Positions 38,389 through 52,074 of a stretch of 64,000 bases of DNA are shown here, one piece after another; the stretch's first letter is position 1, and each line of letters opens with the position of its first letter. The stretch comes from Octopus bimaculoides. Taxonomy: Eukaryota. The stretch lies in NCBI RefSeq assembly GCF_001194135.2, contig NC_068984.1, positions 79,536,851 through 79,600,850 of the forward strand, written 5' to 3'. The notes under the pieces are model-generated. The model made no database searches, was not told where the DNA came from, and saw only the letters and a list, made by a program, of their open reading frames with translations. The position numbers and the translations under genes were made by a program.

Positions 38389-39583
38389 TATATATATAAC
38401 CCATTATATATATACATATATATAATATCAACACACACACACACATATATATATGCATGTGTGTTGACTTTTCTCATTGTTGATGCCATTCTCTAAACAG
38501 GCACAAATGTAATTCCTTTCCAAATAAATAGCACTTCATATTCAAGGCTCTGATGAAGCTATAAGGTGTTATTCAGGCACTCAACTATGAGTCCACTGCA
38601 TCTTATAGTAGAAACAGCTGTAAGCTAATGGAGTTCATAAGGTGATCATTTATTCCTTTGTCATCTCTCTTTCTTATATATCACATGGTTTCTGTTGAAA
38701 CAAATTCTCTCACAAGGCACCAATTGGCCTTGGGGACTACAGTAGTACTAAACCAGAAATCACATAGTTGCAAAGCAAAGTTCTTAACCACACATCATGA
38801 ATATGCCTATTGCCAACACTCCACTCTTTCTTTTGTCTCGCCTTTTTTTCCCCTCTTTCTCTTATGACAAAGGACTACAATCTGAAACGTTTAACTCGCC
38901 CTTGTCGCTTCCGTTCATTGCGAAATTAACTCATACCCTTGTTTGTTTTTGTTGCTTCTTTTTCCTTCTTTCTGAAATCTTTTACTATAAATTCATTTTT
39001 TTGTCAAACCATTTATTGAAACAATTAAGAGTTAGCCATCATTTTAATCTAATAAAAAATAAAGAAAACCTCTATAAATATATCAGTAATGCATTGTTAG
39101 AAATTTATCTTTAAAATTTCCATTTAGAAACAAAGTAAATACTGTCTAAAGTGGAAATTAGGTTCTGATTAAGTCTGGAAGTTATCCAAAACTCTTCACA
39201 ATAAATTAGTGAGTAACACCTGTACATAATTTGCAGAATAGTGAATTATTTATTTATTTATTTATTTCAGAATGCATTTTTCTGAACAGTAGTCACATTG
39301 TTGGTTGCAAGGTTTCAATAGGAGACAGTCAATGTTAACTGTATTAAGGATGGTGCAGATTTTAAGGGCGGTTTTTGTCTGTGCAATTAGGGCAGAATGC
39401 AATGCTACACAGTACATTCATTCAAAACTATAATTTTATCAGTTTTCTTAGCAATATACGGCAGCAAAAAGATGTATACACACATACAAACACACAACAC
39501 ACACACAGGCACTAACACACAAAATAATATATACATTCATACCATCATCCTCATTTTACATCTGCTTTCCATGCTGGCATGGT

Positions 39584-39890
39584 GTGGTTGGCGTTAGGAA
39601 GGGCATCCAGCTGTAGAAACTCTGCCAGATCAGATTGGAGCCTGGTGCAGCCTTCTGGCTTGCCAGTCTGCAGTCAAATCGTCCAACCCATGCTAGCATG
39701 GAAAGCGGACGTTAAACAATGATGATGATGATGATGATACATCATCATCAATTAACGTCTGTCTTCCATACTGGCATGGGTTGGACAGTTTGACAGGAAC
39801 TGGCAGACCAGAAGACAGTGCCAGGGTCCATTGTCTACTTTGGCTTAGTTTCTACATTTGGATGCCCTTCCTAATGTCAACCACTTTACA
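39584..39890. mobile_element. Tail-to-tail pair of RTE 3' UTR copies
   Basis: The plus copy ends in (GAT)n at 39738; the minus copy starts with (CAT)n at about 39740. Confidence 0.85.
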
Positions 39891-41488
39891 GAGACCCATC
39901 CAGCTTCTAGCCCTACTGTGTAATATTTGTATTACCAATGCCTTTTGTATATTTTCACTCATCTTGCCAAAATTGAAACAGCTTTATGTATAGCATGGGG
40001 AATGAGTCTAAACTTTTATAAGTACAGTGATAATTCAGTATAAAGCCTTTCCATAAAAATTCCCTTGCAGTTACCTATGAATGTATTGTGTTCTAAACTG
40101 GAACAAAGATTTGGGTTTAGGCAATTTTTGAAGCAGAATCAAAGTGGCACAGTGTGACAAACTCTCTTTAAATTACAGATGCAGTCTATCCAATGTGTTT
40201 CTACACATATTCTGCGTATTCATTTTCAGTTACAAGGCTTATCCCAAAACTATGGTATAAAACATTTAACTAAGATCCTCAAAAATATAAGAGGAAGCAT
40301 TAAGTAACATAAGAATTGAATTTAATATATTATTTTGTTATTGTATTGGTTTCATGCAGGAGTACCACTAACCTTGATGTGAAAAGTTGATTACATAAAT
40401 CTCAGTATTTCTAGACTTCAATATCATGTTAGAAATGTTGGTTCTCATCTATTCCCCAGAGTTAAGCATCAATGAACCTAGAGTTGGCTTGTAGATGATT
40501 CAGTGCTTTAGAAATTTAGGTCCCATATTTCCACCTTTAAAATTTCAGTCTTAAAGTGTTGTCTGTGAAAGCTATGAATAATGCCACTCCCTCCTAATCT
40601 TTCAAGCAGAAAAGATGAAAAATTAAAAAAGGGAAAATATCTTAAGCAAGATTTTTTAGTTCAAAATATAATGATGTTAACATAGTCTTACCATCAAAAA
40701 AGTTTTTTTGTTTCAGTCTTAAACATAGTTTTTGAATTTTATAAATTATTTATATATTATTGAGAAGAACAGAAACTGTAAACTTCATGCCAGCTAATGA
40801 CTCAATCCATTAAAAATTGATGTTGTGATGCTGGTATGACTGATTTCAATACACTTTTATCTTGGGCTTTTAAGCAAGAAATTCTTTCACACTGAGATTG
40901 AATATATACATTAATTGAATTTCAAAAAGAAAGTCAATACATCATTAAAATGCATATTTTTCAAGCATTACAATGCAATTATTGACTCAGTACAGGGTCT
41001 TATAGTTTCAAAACTGTCAGCCTACAATCTATCTACGAACATGAATCTGTATAACCTCACCATGCAAACACAAACATGCATGAGTAGCTGTGGTTGTATA
41101 TGTAATTAGTGAATGTAGGTGCAAATAAGTGTATGTGGATGTGAGTGAGTATGTATGTGTGTTTGAATATATATATATGTATATATTTAGGTTCGGTGAT
41201 GCAAACAGGAAAATAGAATGACAAGCATGAGTATATAAATGTTTTTTATAAATAATTGACAGAAGTTACAGTGACTCAAGGGCTGAGTTTCGTGTGTGGA
41301 CACTTATCAAACCATACATGTGTGTTTATATATATAACCTATACTGAGTCAAAGGGATGCCACCTATAGCCATTTTTGAACATAACAACTTTGAACTGCT
41401 GTCCAAACTGAATTTTTGGCGGCACAACTATTTGAGCAATCAGAATGCATACCTACTAGGTTGAGTCATCCTGACAAAAATTCCTCAT

Positions 41489-41540
<52 letters not shown>

Positions 41541-42239
41541 NNNNNNNNNNNNNNNNNNNNNNNNNNNNNNNNNNNNNNNNNNNNNNNNNNNNNNNNNNNN
41601 NNNNNNNNNNNNNNNNNNNNNNNNNNNNNNNNNNNNNNNNNNNNNNNNNNNNNNNNNNNNNNNNNNNNNNNNNNNNNNNNNNNNNNNNNNNNNNNNNNNN
41701 NNNNNNNNNNNNNNNNNNNNNNNNNNNNNNNNNNNNNNNNNNNNNNNNNNNNNNNNNNNNNNNNNNNNNNNNNNNNNNNNNNNNNNNNNNNNNNNNNNNN
41801 NNNNNNNNNNNNNNNNNNNNNNNNNNNNNNNNNNNNNNNNNNNNNNNNNNNNNNNNNNNNNNNNNNNNNNNNNNNNNNNNNNNNNNNNNNNNNNNNNNNN
41901 NNNNNNNNNNNNNNNNNNNNNNNNNNNNNNNNNNNNNNNNNNNNNNNNNNNNNNNNNNNNNNNNNNNNNNNNNNNNNNNNNNNNNNNNNNNNTATTAATG
42001 GCTTCTTATTATGAAACTAATAGATTTTATACTGGGCTGCAAGGAGAAGTGCTCAGAATAATTGAGACAAGAGTAAAATATTAGTTATAGAATAAAAACG
42101 TTCTTACGTTATATCTTCTTATTCCTTGTGTTTGACGGATTATGTTGTATATCTTATATATGTTCATTGAGGGGGTGTGATATGTTGAGTTGTTAACCCA
42201 GCGTTTTTGTCAAGCTTAGTGAAATTATAGTTAAGGCCA

Positions 42240-43245
42240 GTGCAGGTGACACGTTAAGGGTACCCTTGTGCTGGCAACACATTAAACTTTGTGGAGTGGT
42301 TGGCATTATTAAAGGGCATCCAGCTGTAGAAACCAATCCAAAACAGACTGAAGCCTGGTACAGCCCTCTGGCTTACCAGTTTCAGTCTAACCTATGACAA
42401 CATGGAAAATGGATGCTAAATGATGATGATGATGATAGGATGTTGAGAAGTGGTGTAGGTATAAGATTACAAGTCATCTAACTAAAATTGAGTTCAGATG
42501 TCATGGAAGCACACTTGAGATGTCTGTGTTTGTTGATACTTTAACAAAATAAATTATTTATTGTGACAATAAATAATAATGGGCTTATCTTGCTATCACA
42601 CTTTATTCTTCCAACACCTGTTATACAACCATTATCTCTCTTCCTCCATTTAGTTGAGAAAGATTTTCCTTTCTTCCCTTTTTCATTTTTCCATTTCTTT
42701 CATGTTTCACAAGATATTTGGCAACCTCACAAAGAAAGAAAAAAAAAAAGCAACCAGTACAATCTGTAAAGGGGTTGCTGTTAGGAAGAGCATCCAGCAA
42801 TGGAAACCCTATCAAAAGCTGACATTGGAGCTTGACACAGCCCTAAGGCTTGCTGGATCTTGTCAAACTATCTAACCCATGCCAGCATGGAAAAATAGAT
42901 GTTAAATGCAGACAAAGATGATGATAATATGTATCTATTTATCTATCTATATATGTGTCTGAGTGTATATGTGTGTGTGTGTGTATTTATATATATGTTT
43001 GTGTGTGTGTGTGCAGCGTCATGTAAAAGCGATGAATGGTGCCATGAAAAAGCACCCATGCAGCACCACGTAAAAGTGGTCTGCATTAGGAAAGGCATCT
43101 AGTCATAGAAACCATGCCAAATCAGGCTCGAGTCTGGTACAGATACCTCCTCCACTCCCAGCTTGCCAGCTCTGTTCACACCATCCAACCCTTGCCAGCA
43201 TGGACAATGGACGTTATATGATGATGATGATGATGATGATGATAT
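42240..43245 (+). mobile_element. Three RTE 3' UTR copies in the same orientation (about 42240-42435, 42765-42930, 43010-43245)
   Basis: Each has AGGGCATCCAG..CCAACCCATGCCAGCATGG..GATGATG. Confidence 0.75.
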
Positions 43246-43360
43246 ATTCGCACACACTAATATTCTTTTGGTTGCATCCTTAGATAAATAATGATGGCAG
43301 GCATCTACAAAACTAATTCAGCTGAAGTTGCTGACGAAGAAAGAAAGCAAGTTTTTGCTC

Positions 43361-43499
43361 TTGTTGTTGTTGTTGTTGTTGTTGTTCTTCTTCTTCTTCT
43401 TCTTCTTCTTCTTCTTCTTCTTCTTCTTCTTCTTCTTCTTCTTCTTCTTCTTCTTCTTCTTCTTCTTCTTCTTCTTCTTCTTCTTCTTCTTCTTCTTCT
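43361..43499. repeat. Compound (TTG)n(TTC)n microsatellite
   Basis: Read directly from the sequence; source of the poly-R/K/L/F pseudo-ORFs. Confidence 0.95.
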
Positions 43500-44215
43500 C
43501 CCCTTTGTCTTTTGTAGTTTCTTTTTGTCTTTTTCCTCTTTCATCTTTTCTTTCTTTCTTTTTATTGTCCGTTTCACACACAAAGGAGAAATGTTTTGTT
43601 CGGTATTGAAAGTTGGTCTTGTTTGATTTATGTATTATATAACATATACACATAAACAGTGACAACTAATAAACAAACAACAGGTGGAAGTGTGTGTGTG
43701 TGTGTGTGTGAGATGGATTTCCTCCTTCCCACCTTCCAATTAAAGCTGACTTTTGATGCAACACTTGTATATCACAATAATAATAACAATAATTGTAGTA
43801 GTAGTGGTAGTAGCAGCAGCAGCAGCGGTGGCTGTAGCAGGTGTGGTGGTGGTGGAGGTGGTGGTGGTAAGGTAATAGTGATTGTTTACTACTAAATTTG
43901 AGTGGCTTTGGTATTGTAGTGTTAATTTAACAAGCAATATAGTTAATTGATAAATATTGTTTTATAAACTTTAGAAACGAAAAAGTAAAGAAAAGAAAAA
44001 AAACACAACAAAACAAAACAAAAAAAAACGAAAACAAGAAAAAAACAACAAACTATAATGTGAATATAAACTGAATTTAGTTGACAATATTGTTTATTTT
44101 TAAAAAAAATAAGAAGTGGAACGAAAGAAAATATACAATAAATATCTAAGCATCTTATTTATTTCGTTAAAAGTCATTTAATGTCATAGTCTGTCAAATA
44201 CAAAAAAGCAAAACA

Positions 44216-44255
<40 letters not shown>

Positions 44256-44620
44256 CAATAATTGTAATAAAATTCAAACACTAATGTATATTTATTTTTA
44301 CATTTTTGTTTTTTTGTTTTTGTATCTATATTGTTGCATTCTTAGCAAAATGTCTTTAAAGATTTATTTTTCACTTAGGAATTAAACAAAATAAATAAAT
44401 AGATCAATAAAATAGAATAAGATTAAAAAAGAGTAGAAACAAAATGTAAATCATTTTTTTTAACATCAAAAAGAGTCAGAGTGAAGCTTTTAACAAATCT
44501 GTATGAATGTGCGTGTTGTTGTTGTTGTTGTTGTTCAGCTACCCAGTTTGCCCTGTTCAAGCTGACCTCTGGCCAAAAATGACTGATCCCCATCTCATTT
44601 CTTGTTTGAAATTAGATGTA

Positions 44621-45187
44621 GGCATGGTTGTATGGTTAAGAAATGGTTAAGAAGTTTGCTTCATAACTGTATAGACAGTAATGTGCTGTTTGAGGGAGAT
44701 TTAGTTGTTGTTTCCAGCAAGTTCAGAAATCTCATAAAAACACTCCTATGTTGATTGGTATTGTTTACCCCATCCCTCCAACAGCTAGATCTAGGTTTTT
44801 TGGAAACTCAACTAACCAAATTTTTGTGCTCTTGTAAACAGTCCTACTGTGTGGCACCTTGGGCAAGTGTCTTCTACTATAGATTTGGGCCAAAGAAAGC
44901 CTTATGAAAGGATTTGGAAGATGGAAACTGAAAGAAACCCATCGTGTGTATATATATATGCATATATCTATGTGTGTGTCTGTGTTTGTTCCCTACCACT
45001 GCTCGACAACTGGTGTTGGTATGATTACATCCCTGTAACTTAGCAGTTCAGCAAAAGAGACCGATTGAATAAGCACCAGTCTTAAAAGAAATAAGGCTTG
45101 GGGTCGATTTGTTTGGCTAAAACCCTTCAAAGTGGTGTCCCAGCATGGCCACAGTCAAAAATGATTGAAATAAGTAAAAAGGTAAAA
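44621..45187 (+). mobile_element. SINE family A copy interrupted by a family D fragment and other sequence
   Basis: Head at 44621, an insert at about 44660-44840, and the body resuming GTGGCACCTTGGGCAAG. Confidence 0.7.
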
Positions 45188-45465
45188 GGCATGAAGTAAA
45201 CACAGCAAATTCAGGAATTTCAAGACTGTGTGGATCTTGACTCTGAGTTCTAAGAAGTGGTCCAATAGTTCACAGCTGTAAGAAACAAAGATAAAATCTT
45301 GAATGACTCCCATGGCTGAAATTATCATATCTCTGGTTATTAGTAATGTATTGTCACAACTTGCTACCCTCTATATTTACTGATTATGACTTATCAGTCA
45401 AATTACTTTGAACTTAGGATTCTTGAATCTCACAAACAAATCTGTTATCAATATAAATAAGAGTT

Positions 45466-45496
<31 letters not shown>

Positions 45497-46689
45497 GTGT
45501 GTGCGTGCGTGTGCGCGCGCATATGTTCCTTATGCATTCGAAAACTGAGTTGTCAATTTTGACGTAATCTTTCGGCTACCAGATAAACTTTATTTTCATT
45601 TACATATTTTCTGCATTATCTCAATGACCAGTGTTAGCTATTTGAAAGACACTGCTCTACCACAACCAGGTTTCATTAAGAAGTGAAAATAATTTCTCAC
45701 TTTTAATTTGAACCAAAATTACAAAGTGTTGCATTACGAGAGTGACTATGTGTAAATAATGAAAGTAATGTTTTTCTGAATTAGTCACATCTGTACTATT
45801 ATAAAGAAAGCTGCTTATCATTTATCTATGCATATATATATATATATATATTGTGTCATCCTGTAAGTAATGTGGTTTCTTTTCAATTGCATGAACTAAA
45901 AGTCAGGCGGGGCAGGATAAACTACCTGCGTCAACTTACTTTAAAAGCAGGTAGTAATTTTGCTATGCCCTTATTCTTAGTGCAAATTTTGAAGAGTGCA
46001 GTTCCATTTCAACAGTTATTTTATCAAAGCTATAATGGAAGTGACACATAAATATTGTATTGAAATAAGCCAGAACCAAAAAAATTTCATCAAAAGACAT
46101 TCATTTCTCTATATGTTATGAGAAAATAGTTATTCACTCTCTCTCTCTCTCACATGCACACTCACATGCATACAAAAAAGTTGTATGCATATGTATTTAT
46201 GTACATGTATATGAAAGAAAACGTGTATGTGTGTGTGTGTGAGAGAGAGAGCAAGAGAGAAAGGTGGTGCCACTTACACACATGCAAAAAAATACATACA
46301 TGACAACACACACTTTCACTCACTCACTTTCTCTCCCTCTCTCATGCACACACACACATACACACACACACACACACACACATCCATTTTATATACATGT
46401 ACATGCATCTTTCACTTTCTCCTCTCTTTAACTTTCTGCTCTCACTTCAAAGCAAATGTTGCCTTTTCACTTTCTCTTCTCTTTCAACTTCTGCTCTCTT
46501 CAAAGCATAGAGAAATAGAAAAAGTTATGGAAATTAATGAACAATCATATGATCCCATATGGTTAACCAGACAACTTTGCTGCTTCAAATGAAAGAATGC
46601 CATAAAATAACTTCCTTTGGTGCACGCACACATGCACACATGCATGCACGCTTGCTCACTCACTCACTCACTCTGGCCTGGAGACTAGT

Positions 46690-47140
46690 CTATGCTGGGG
46701 GATGCATTTTTCACCATGGAGGGTCTTTGTATTTAAGACCAACCATGCATACTGCTGCCTGGTGAGAATGTAATCACTCTGGCTAGTGTAGCCACCTGAT
46801 TGGTAGGTTATCATGTGGCTGGTCAGCTTCCTGAAGTTAGTGTTGCAGATCAGAAGGTTATTTGCATCATAGAACTCTAGTAGCCTTGTTCCCTCTTCGT
46901 TTCAGGAACCAATTCCACGGCCCCTATGTACACCATGAAAAATACCGGGCTGCTGTCTGACATGCTCCTTGAAAACTTCAGCCATGAAGATGAGATCCTT
47001 GTCATTTGTCTTAGAGGTATCTTGCTAAAGAATATCATAAAAATGGTCCTTCTGTTCATTTGGTAGGCCCACTTGTGGGGCATAAGCAGAGATAATTGAT
47101 GCTATGCTATTCTGCAAGACTAGCCTGTGCTTAAGCACTC
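46690..47140 (-). mobile_element. RTE LINE AP-endonuclease fragment
   Basis: ISAYAPQVGLPNEQKDHFYDIL..NEEGTRLLEF..NNLLICNTNFRK..HMITYQSGG..SQSDYIL. Confidence 0.9.
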
Positions 47141-47400
47141 TATCGCTCACTCTGACTACCTCTATGACCTTATCCACCCATTTAAGCCCACACTGCCTAC
47201 CCTGTCACTGTTAGCTTCCCAGAAGATTTCCTCCACATGTAAATATACACTTACATATATTATTTCTATTCAAGTGATTGAAGATATTTTTTACTATGTG
47301 CTCTTGCGGTTGACTAACTATTCCTGTGTAGAGTGCTGTCAGATATGAATTCTACCTGTTTTATCAACCTGCTCTCTCATTCCATACTTCAAGGTTCTGA

Positions 47401-47870
47401 TGATGATGATAATGGGAACTATACATATATTTATAATTTAATATAAACAGTGTTTACATCATATATATCTCTCACTGGATGGACTTTGGTTTTTACTTTT
47501 TTTGTTGATTCCACCAGTAACATTAAATTGGATTAGATAGATTAAATGAATTTAATGGCATTAAATAGATTAAATGGGATTAAATTATCAATGATGATAA
47601 TGAGAAATATACATATATTATATTTATAATCTAATATAAACAGTGTTTACATGATATTTATCTCTCACTGGGTGGACTTTGGTTTTTCCTTTTTTTGTTG
47701 ATTCCACCAGTAACAGAACAGTACACTACATATAAATATATGTAATAATATAGATTTAATCAAAAGATTAAATGTGGTACTTAAAATGTCTGTGGCACCA
47801 GAATTTGTTAGGGTAAAATCCACCTAATGGATAAAATTGGATTAGATAGATTAAATGAATTTAATGGGAT
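47401..47870. repeat. Tandem units of about 190-280 bp; a third unit continues at 49867-50030
   Basis: GATAATG(G/A)GAA(C/A)TATACATATA..TTTTTTGTTGATTCCACCA recurs at about 47405, 47595 and 49880. Confidence 0.75.
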
Positions 47871-47871
47871 T

Positions 47872-49866
47872 CATTATCATCATCATCGTTTAATGTCCGC
47901 TTTACATGCTAGCATAGATTGAACGATTTGACTGAGGACTGGCGAAACAGATGGCTGCACCAGGCTCCAATCTGATCTGGTAGAGTTCCTACAGCTAGAT
48001 GCCCTTCCTAACGCCAACCACTCCGAGAGTGTAGTAGGTGCTTTTCAGTGCCACCGGCACGATGGCCAGTCAGGTACTGGCAACGGCTACGCTCAAGTGG
48101 TGTTGTTTACATGCCACCTGCACAGGAGCCAGTCCATTGGCACTGGCAATGACCTCGCTCAAATGATTTTTCGTGTGCCACCGGCACAAGTGCCAGTAAG
48201 GTGACGCTGGTAATGATCACATTCAAATGGAGCTTTTTACATGCCACTAGCAGAGAAGCCAGTCTGCTGCTCTGGCAATGATCATGTTTGGATGGTACTC
48301 CTAGCACTCCACTGGCAGGGGTGCCAGTTGTCGAATTTGCAAATTTGATTTGATTTCGATTTCCTTTGCTTCAACAGGTCTTCGCAAGCAGAGTTTAGTG
48401 TCCAATGAAGGAAAGGTATGCATAAGTAGGCTGGTTACACCCCTGGAATAGGCCATGAGTTATGGTCTCACTTGGCTTGCTGGGTCTTCTCATGCACAGC
48501 ATATTTCCAAAAGATCGTGTTTCACAACCTCATCCCAGGCCTTCCTGGGTCTACCTCCTCCACAGATTCCCTCAACCGCTAGGGTGTGGCACTTTTTCAC
48601 ACATCTATCCTCATCCATTCTCACCACATGACCATACCAGCGCAGTCGTCTCTTTTGCACACCACATCTGATGCTTCTTAGGTCCAACTTTTCTCTTAAG
48701 GTACTTACACTCTGTCTAGTATGCACACTGACATTACACATCCATCAGAGCGTACTGGCTTTATTCCTTGTGAGCTTACGCATGTCCTCAGCAGTCACAG
48801 CCCATGCTTCACTGCCATGTAGCATGACTGTTTGTACACATGTGTCATACAGTCTGCCTTTTACTCTGAGCGAGAGGCCCTTTGTCACTAGCAGAGGTAA
48901 GAGCTCTCTGAACTTTGCTCAGGTTATTCTTATTCTAGCAGCTACACTTTCAGTGCACCCTCCCCCGCTACTGACTTGGTCACCTAGGTAGCAGAAGCTA
49001 TCAACTACTTCTAGTTTTTCTCCTGGGAATGTGGCAGACGTTGTTCTCTGCACATTTTCAGTGTTTATTGCTCCTGAGCATCTGCGACATACAAAAACTA
49101 TCTTCCCAGTTAGCCTTTCTTTGATATTGCTGCACCTCTTATGTGTCCATAGCTTACACTGGGTACATCTTATAGAGTTTCTACCTACGCCTTTTCTACA
49201 GATCGAGCAGGGCCATCTACCTGAAGGGATTTGTAGTTTGTTTGCCTTCCTACGTATTAGGACTTTGGTTTTAGCTAGGTTGACTCTAAGGCACTTCGAT
49301 TCTAATCCTTGTTTCCACACCTGAAACTTCTCCTCTAGTTCNNNNNNNNNNGATTCTAATCCTTGTTTCCACACCTGAAACTTCTCCTCTAGTTCTGATA
49401 GTGACTCAGCAATTAGAGCAAGGTCATCAGCATAGAGGAGCTCTCAGGCACATCCTGTGTTGAATTCCTCCGTTATTGCCAGGAGGACTATGATAAATAG
49501 GAGGGGGCTGAGGACTGAACCTTGGTGGACCCCTACTTCTACCCAGAATTCTTCATTGTACTCATTGTCAGCCCTCACCTTACTGACAGCGGCTCTGTAC
49601 ATGACTCACACAGCTCTCACTAACCATTTTCTATCCCTAGTTTCCTCATTGACCACCAGATAAGAGATCGGGGGAGCCTGTCAAAGGCTTTCTCCATGTC
49701 AACGAAAGCCAGGTACAGAGGTTTATCTTTGGCTAGGTATTTCTCCTGCAGCTGTCTTACCAGAAATATAGCATCAGTGGTGCTTTTCCCTGGCACAAAC
49801 CCAAACTGCATCTCATCTAAACTGGCTCTCTCCCTAATTAGTCGGGCTATGACCCTTTCTGTGACC
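47872..49866 (-). mobile_element. 5'-truncated RTE LINE, about 2 kb (RT fragments + long 3' UTR)
   Basis: QFGFVPGKSTTDAIFLVRQLQEKY..FVDMEKAFDR; GVHQGSVLSPLLF; LLYADDLAL; RVNLAKTK; RRLRWYGHVVRM; GRPRKAW; then UTR and (GAT)n tail. Internal deletions and a 10-N gap. Confidence 0.93.
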
Positions 49867-50124
49867 TTAAATCATCAATGGTGTTAATGGGAAATATACA
49901 TATATTGTATTTTTATTTTGATATACACCAATATTATTAATATGATATTTATCTGCCACTCAATAGAGTTTTATGTTTTACCTTTTATTTTTTGTTGATT
50001 CCACCAATAAGAGAATAGTACATTATATATATATATATATATGTGTGCGTGTGTGTGTATGTGTGTGTGCGTGTGTGTGTATGTGTGTGTGCATGTATAT
50101 ATATATATATATATATATGAATTC

Positions 50125-51060
50125 AAAATTAAATATGAGCGAAATCACCATAATATTAGCAGCTAGGAAATCTATTACAAAATTCGATAACAAACACTGG
50201 GTAAGAAATGACCTAGTGATAGTTTTGACATAATAATGGGATCTGCTGACTTGGTACAAGCCACAGATTTAGTGGGAATATACATCCTATTTAACTTAGG
50301 TAGGAAATTTCTGGAACTTGGAGGGGGTCTGCACATGGATAACGTGCTTTTTACTCTGGATAACATCTCTAATAGAAGATTAGTAATATATAAAAAGAGA
50401 GATGCTGGTATTTATGATAGAAATGCAAACACTAATGATACAAATATCAATGCTGGTATTTATAATAGGCACAATGATCATGTAAGAGAAAATGATATAA
50501 ACATTAAGACAGATGAAGAAAGCAATGCAAATATGGATAGGTTAATATTTAGGACTCCTAACATAGCAAATAAATATAGCAAGAGTAACTTGGAAAACTT
50601 AGTATACAAGCAGAGCATACCTGGTAAGGAAACAAAGAATACTTCTAAAAATAAAATCTGTTATTGTGCTAGGGAGGATCGATGTCCATTGAGGAATTTT
50701 TGTTGAGAAAAGGAGCTATATACAAATATAAGGTAACGTCGGAGTGAAAGCATTACTGTTATATAGGTTCTACTGAAAATTATATAAAAAAAGGGATAGT
50801 GAACCATGAAAACACTTTTAGGGATAGGTAAGAAGAAGCTAGCACTTGTCTTAGTAAACTAATTTGGGCGGTTAAGGATAAAAAGAAGGAATATACACTT
50901 AGGTGGGAAATAATATGGAAAAATCTTGTAGCATTGGGAACAAAAGATGTGAACTCTGTGTAGAGGAACTTTATCAAACTCTTACATCAAAACACACATT
51001 ATTAAACAAGAGAGAAAGAAGTTTTTATCGTGTGCATAAGGTTAAATATACATTTAATAA
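50125..51060 (+). mobile_element. Decayed, internally deleted Penelope-like element (RT + GIY-YIG)
   Basis: FDIIMGSADLVQATDLVGIYIL..GGLHMDN (cf. GLYRDD); CYCAREDRCPLRNFC; YIGSTEN; KRCELC. Confidence 0.85.
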
Positions 51061-52074
51061 ATTTAAATAAATTGAAATGGATATAATCATATAGAAACTG
51101 AGTGAATAATTCAATTATGCATAAGAATAATTCTTAGTTGATTTTAAATAGTTTTTAGTTAAAAAATTAAACACCAAGTATATGCTACTTAAGAATCATA
51201 TTTCTACACTAGTGATGAATAATGTAGGAACCCAAACCATCAACTAATATATCTAAATAAATCATACTATTAATAAGAGGGGAAAGGGATTTTTTTGTCT
51301 ACTCATAATTGTAAAATTTATATTTGTATTTATTGAATTTGAATAAATTTAATCGAAATAAACACTGTATGAATAATACAATACCTAAGTTTCTATTGTT
51401 AAATATACTTTCTTTGAAATTAAATAAATTTAGGGTAAAATAAACACTGTGTAAATAGTAAATTAGAATTATACATTTATACCATTAATTAAATAGACAA
51501 GTGTAAGAAAGAACCCAAACTATCAAGTAATGTATCTAGATAAATTATTCATATTAATAACAAATAATATAGCTTCTTACAATAAGAATGAACAAAAGAA
51601 AAAATGAAAGGTAGCAAATAAGTGCATACCTAGATTTATATTTTTTACCAATAAAGAAGAACATTTTCTCCTAGATATAAAAGATGTAAACATCTATAGC
51701 AGCAACTGGGATTTCACGAGTGTAAGGTACTAATCAGAGCAGAACCAATGATAAGCACTAGTACATACGCACATAAGGAATTCCCAGTATCATTAATTGA
51801 TATGGAGCTAAACTCTTGGATAATTATCCCTAGGAAAGAACAACCTCTTTCCACACATATATGTATATATATATAATAGAAATATGTTTCAAAAAGAAAA
51901 TAGAAATTACATGTGGAAAAGGTATGGGGAAAGTAAGAAGAAAAAAGCAAAAATGCACATTGGATATAAAAAAAATAAAGGATTTTTTAATGAAAAGTAA
52001 TAAGTATGTACAATTAGATGAACTGAGGTAGAATTAAGAGGAATAAAAGTCATTATGATGAATTGTTAAAGGGA

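Noticed and set aside
49298-49395. 44-bp perfect direct repeat around a 10-N gap
   Set aside because: Identical sequence on both sides of a nominal gap is typical of unmerged contig overlap (assembly artefact).
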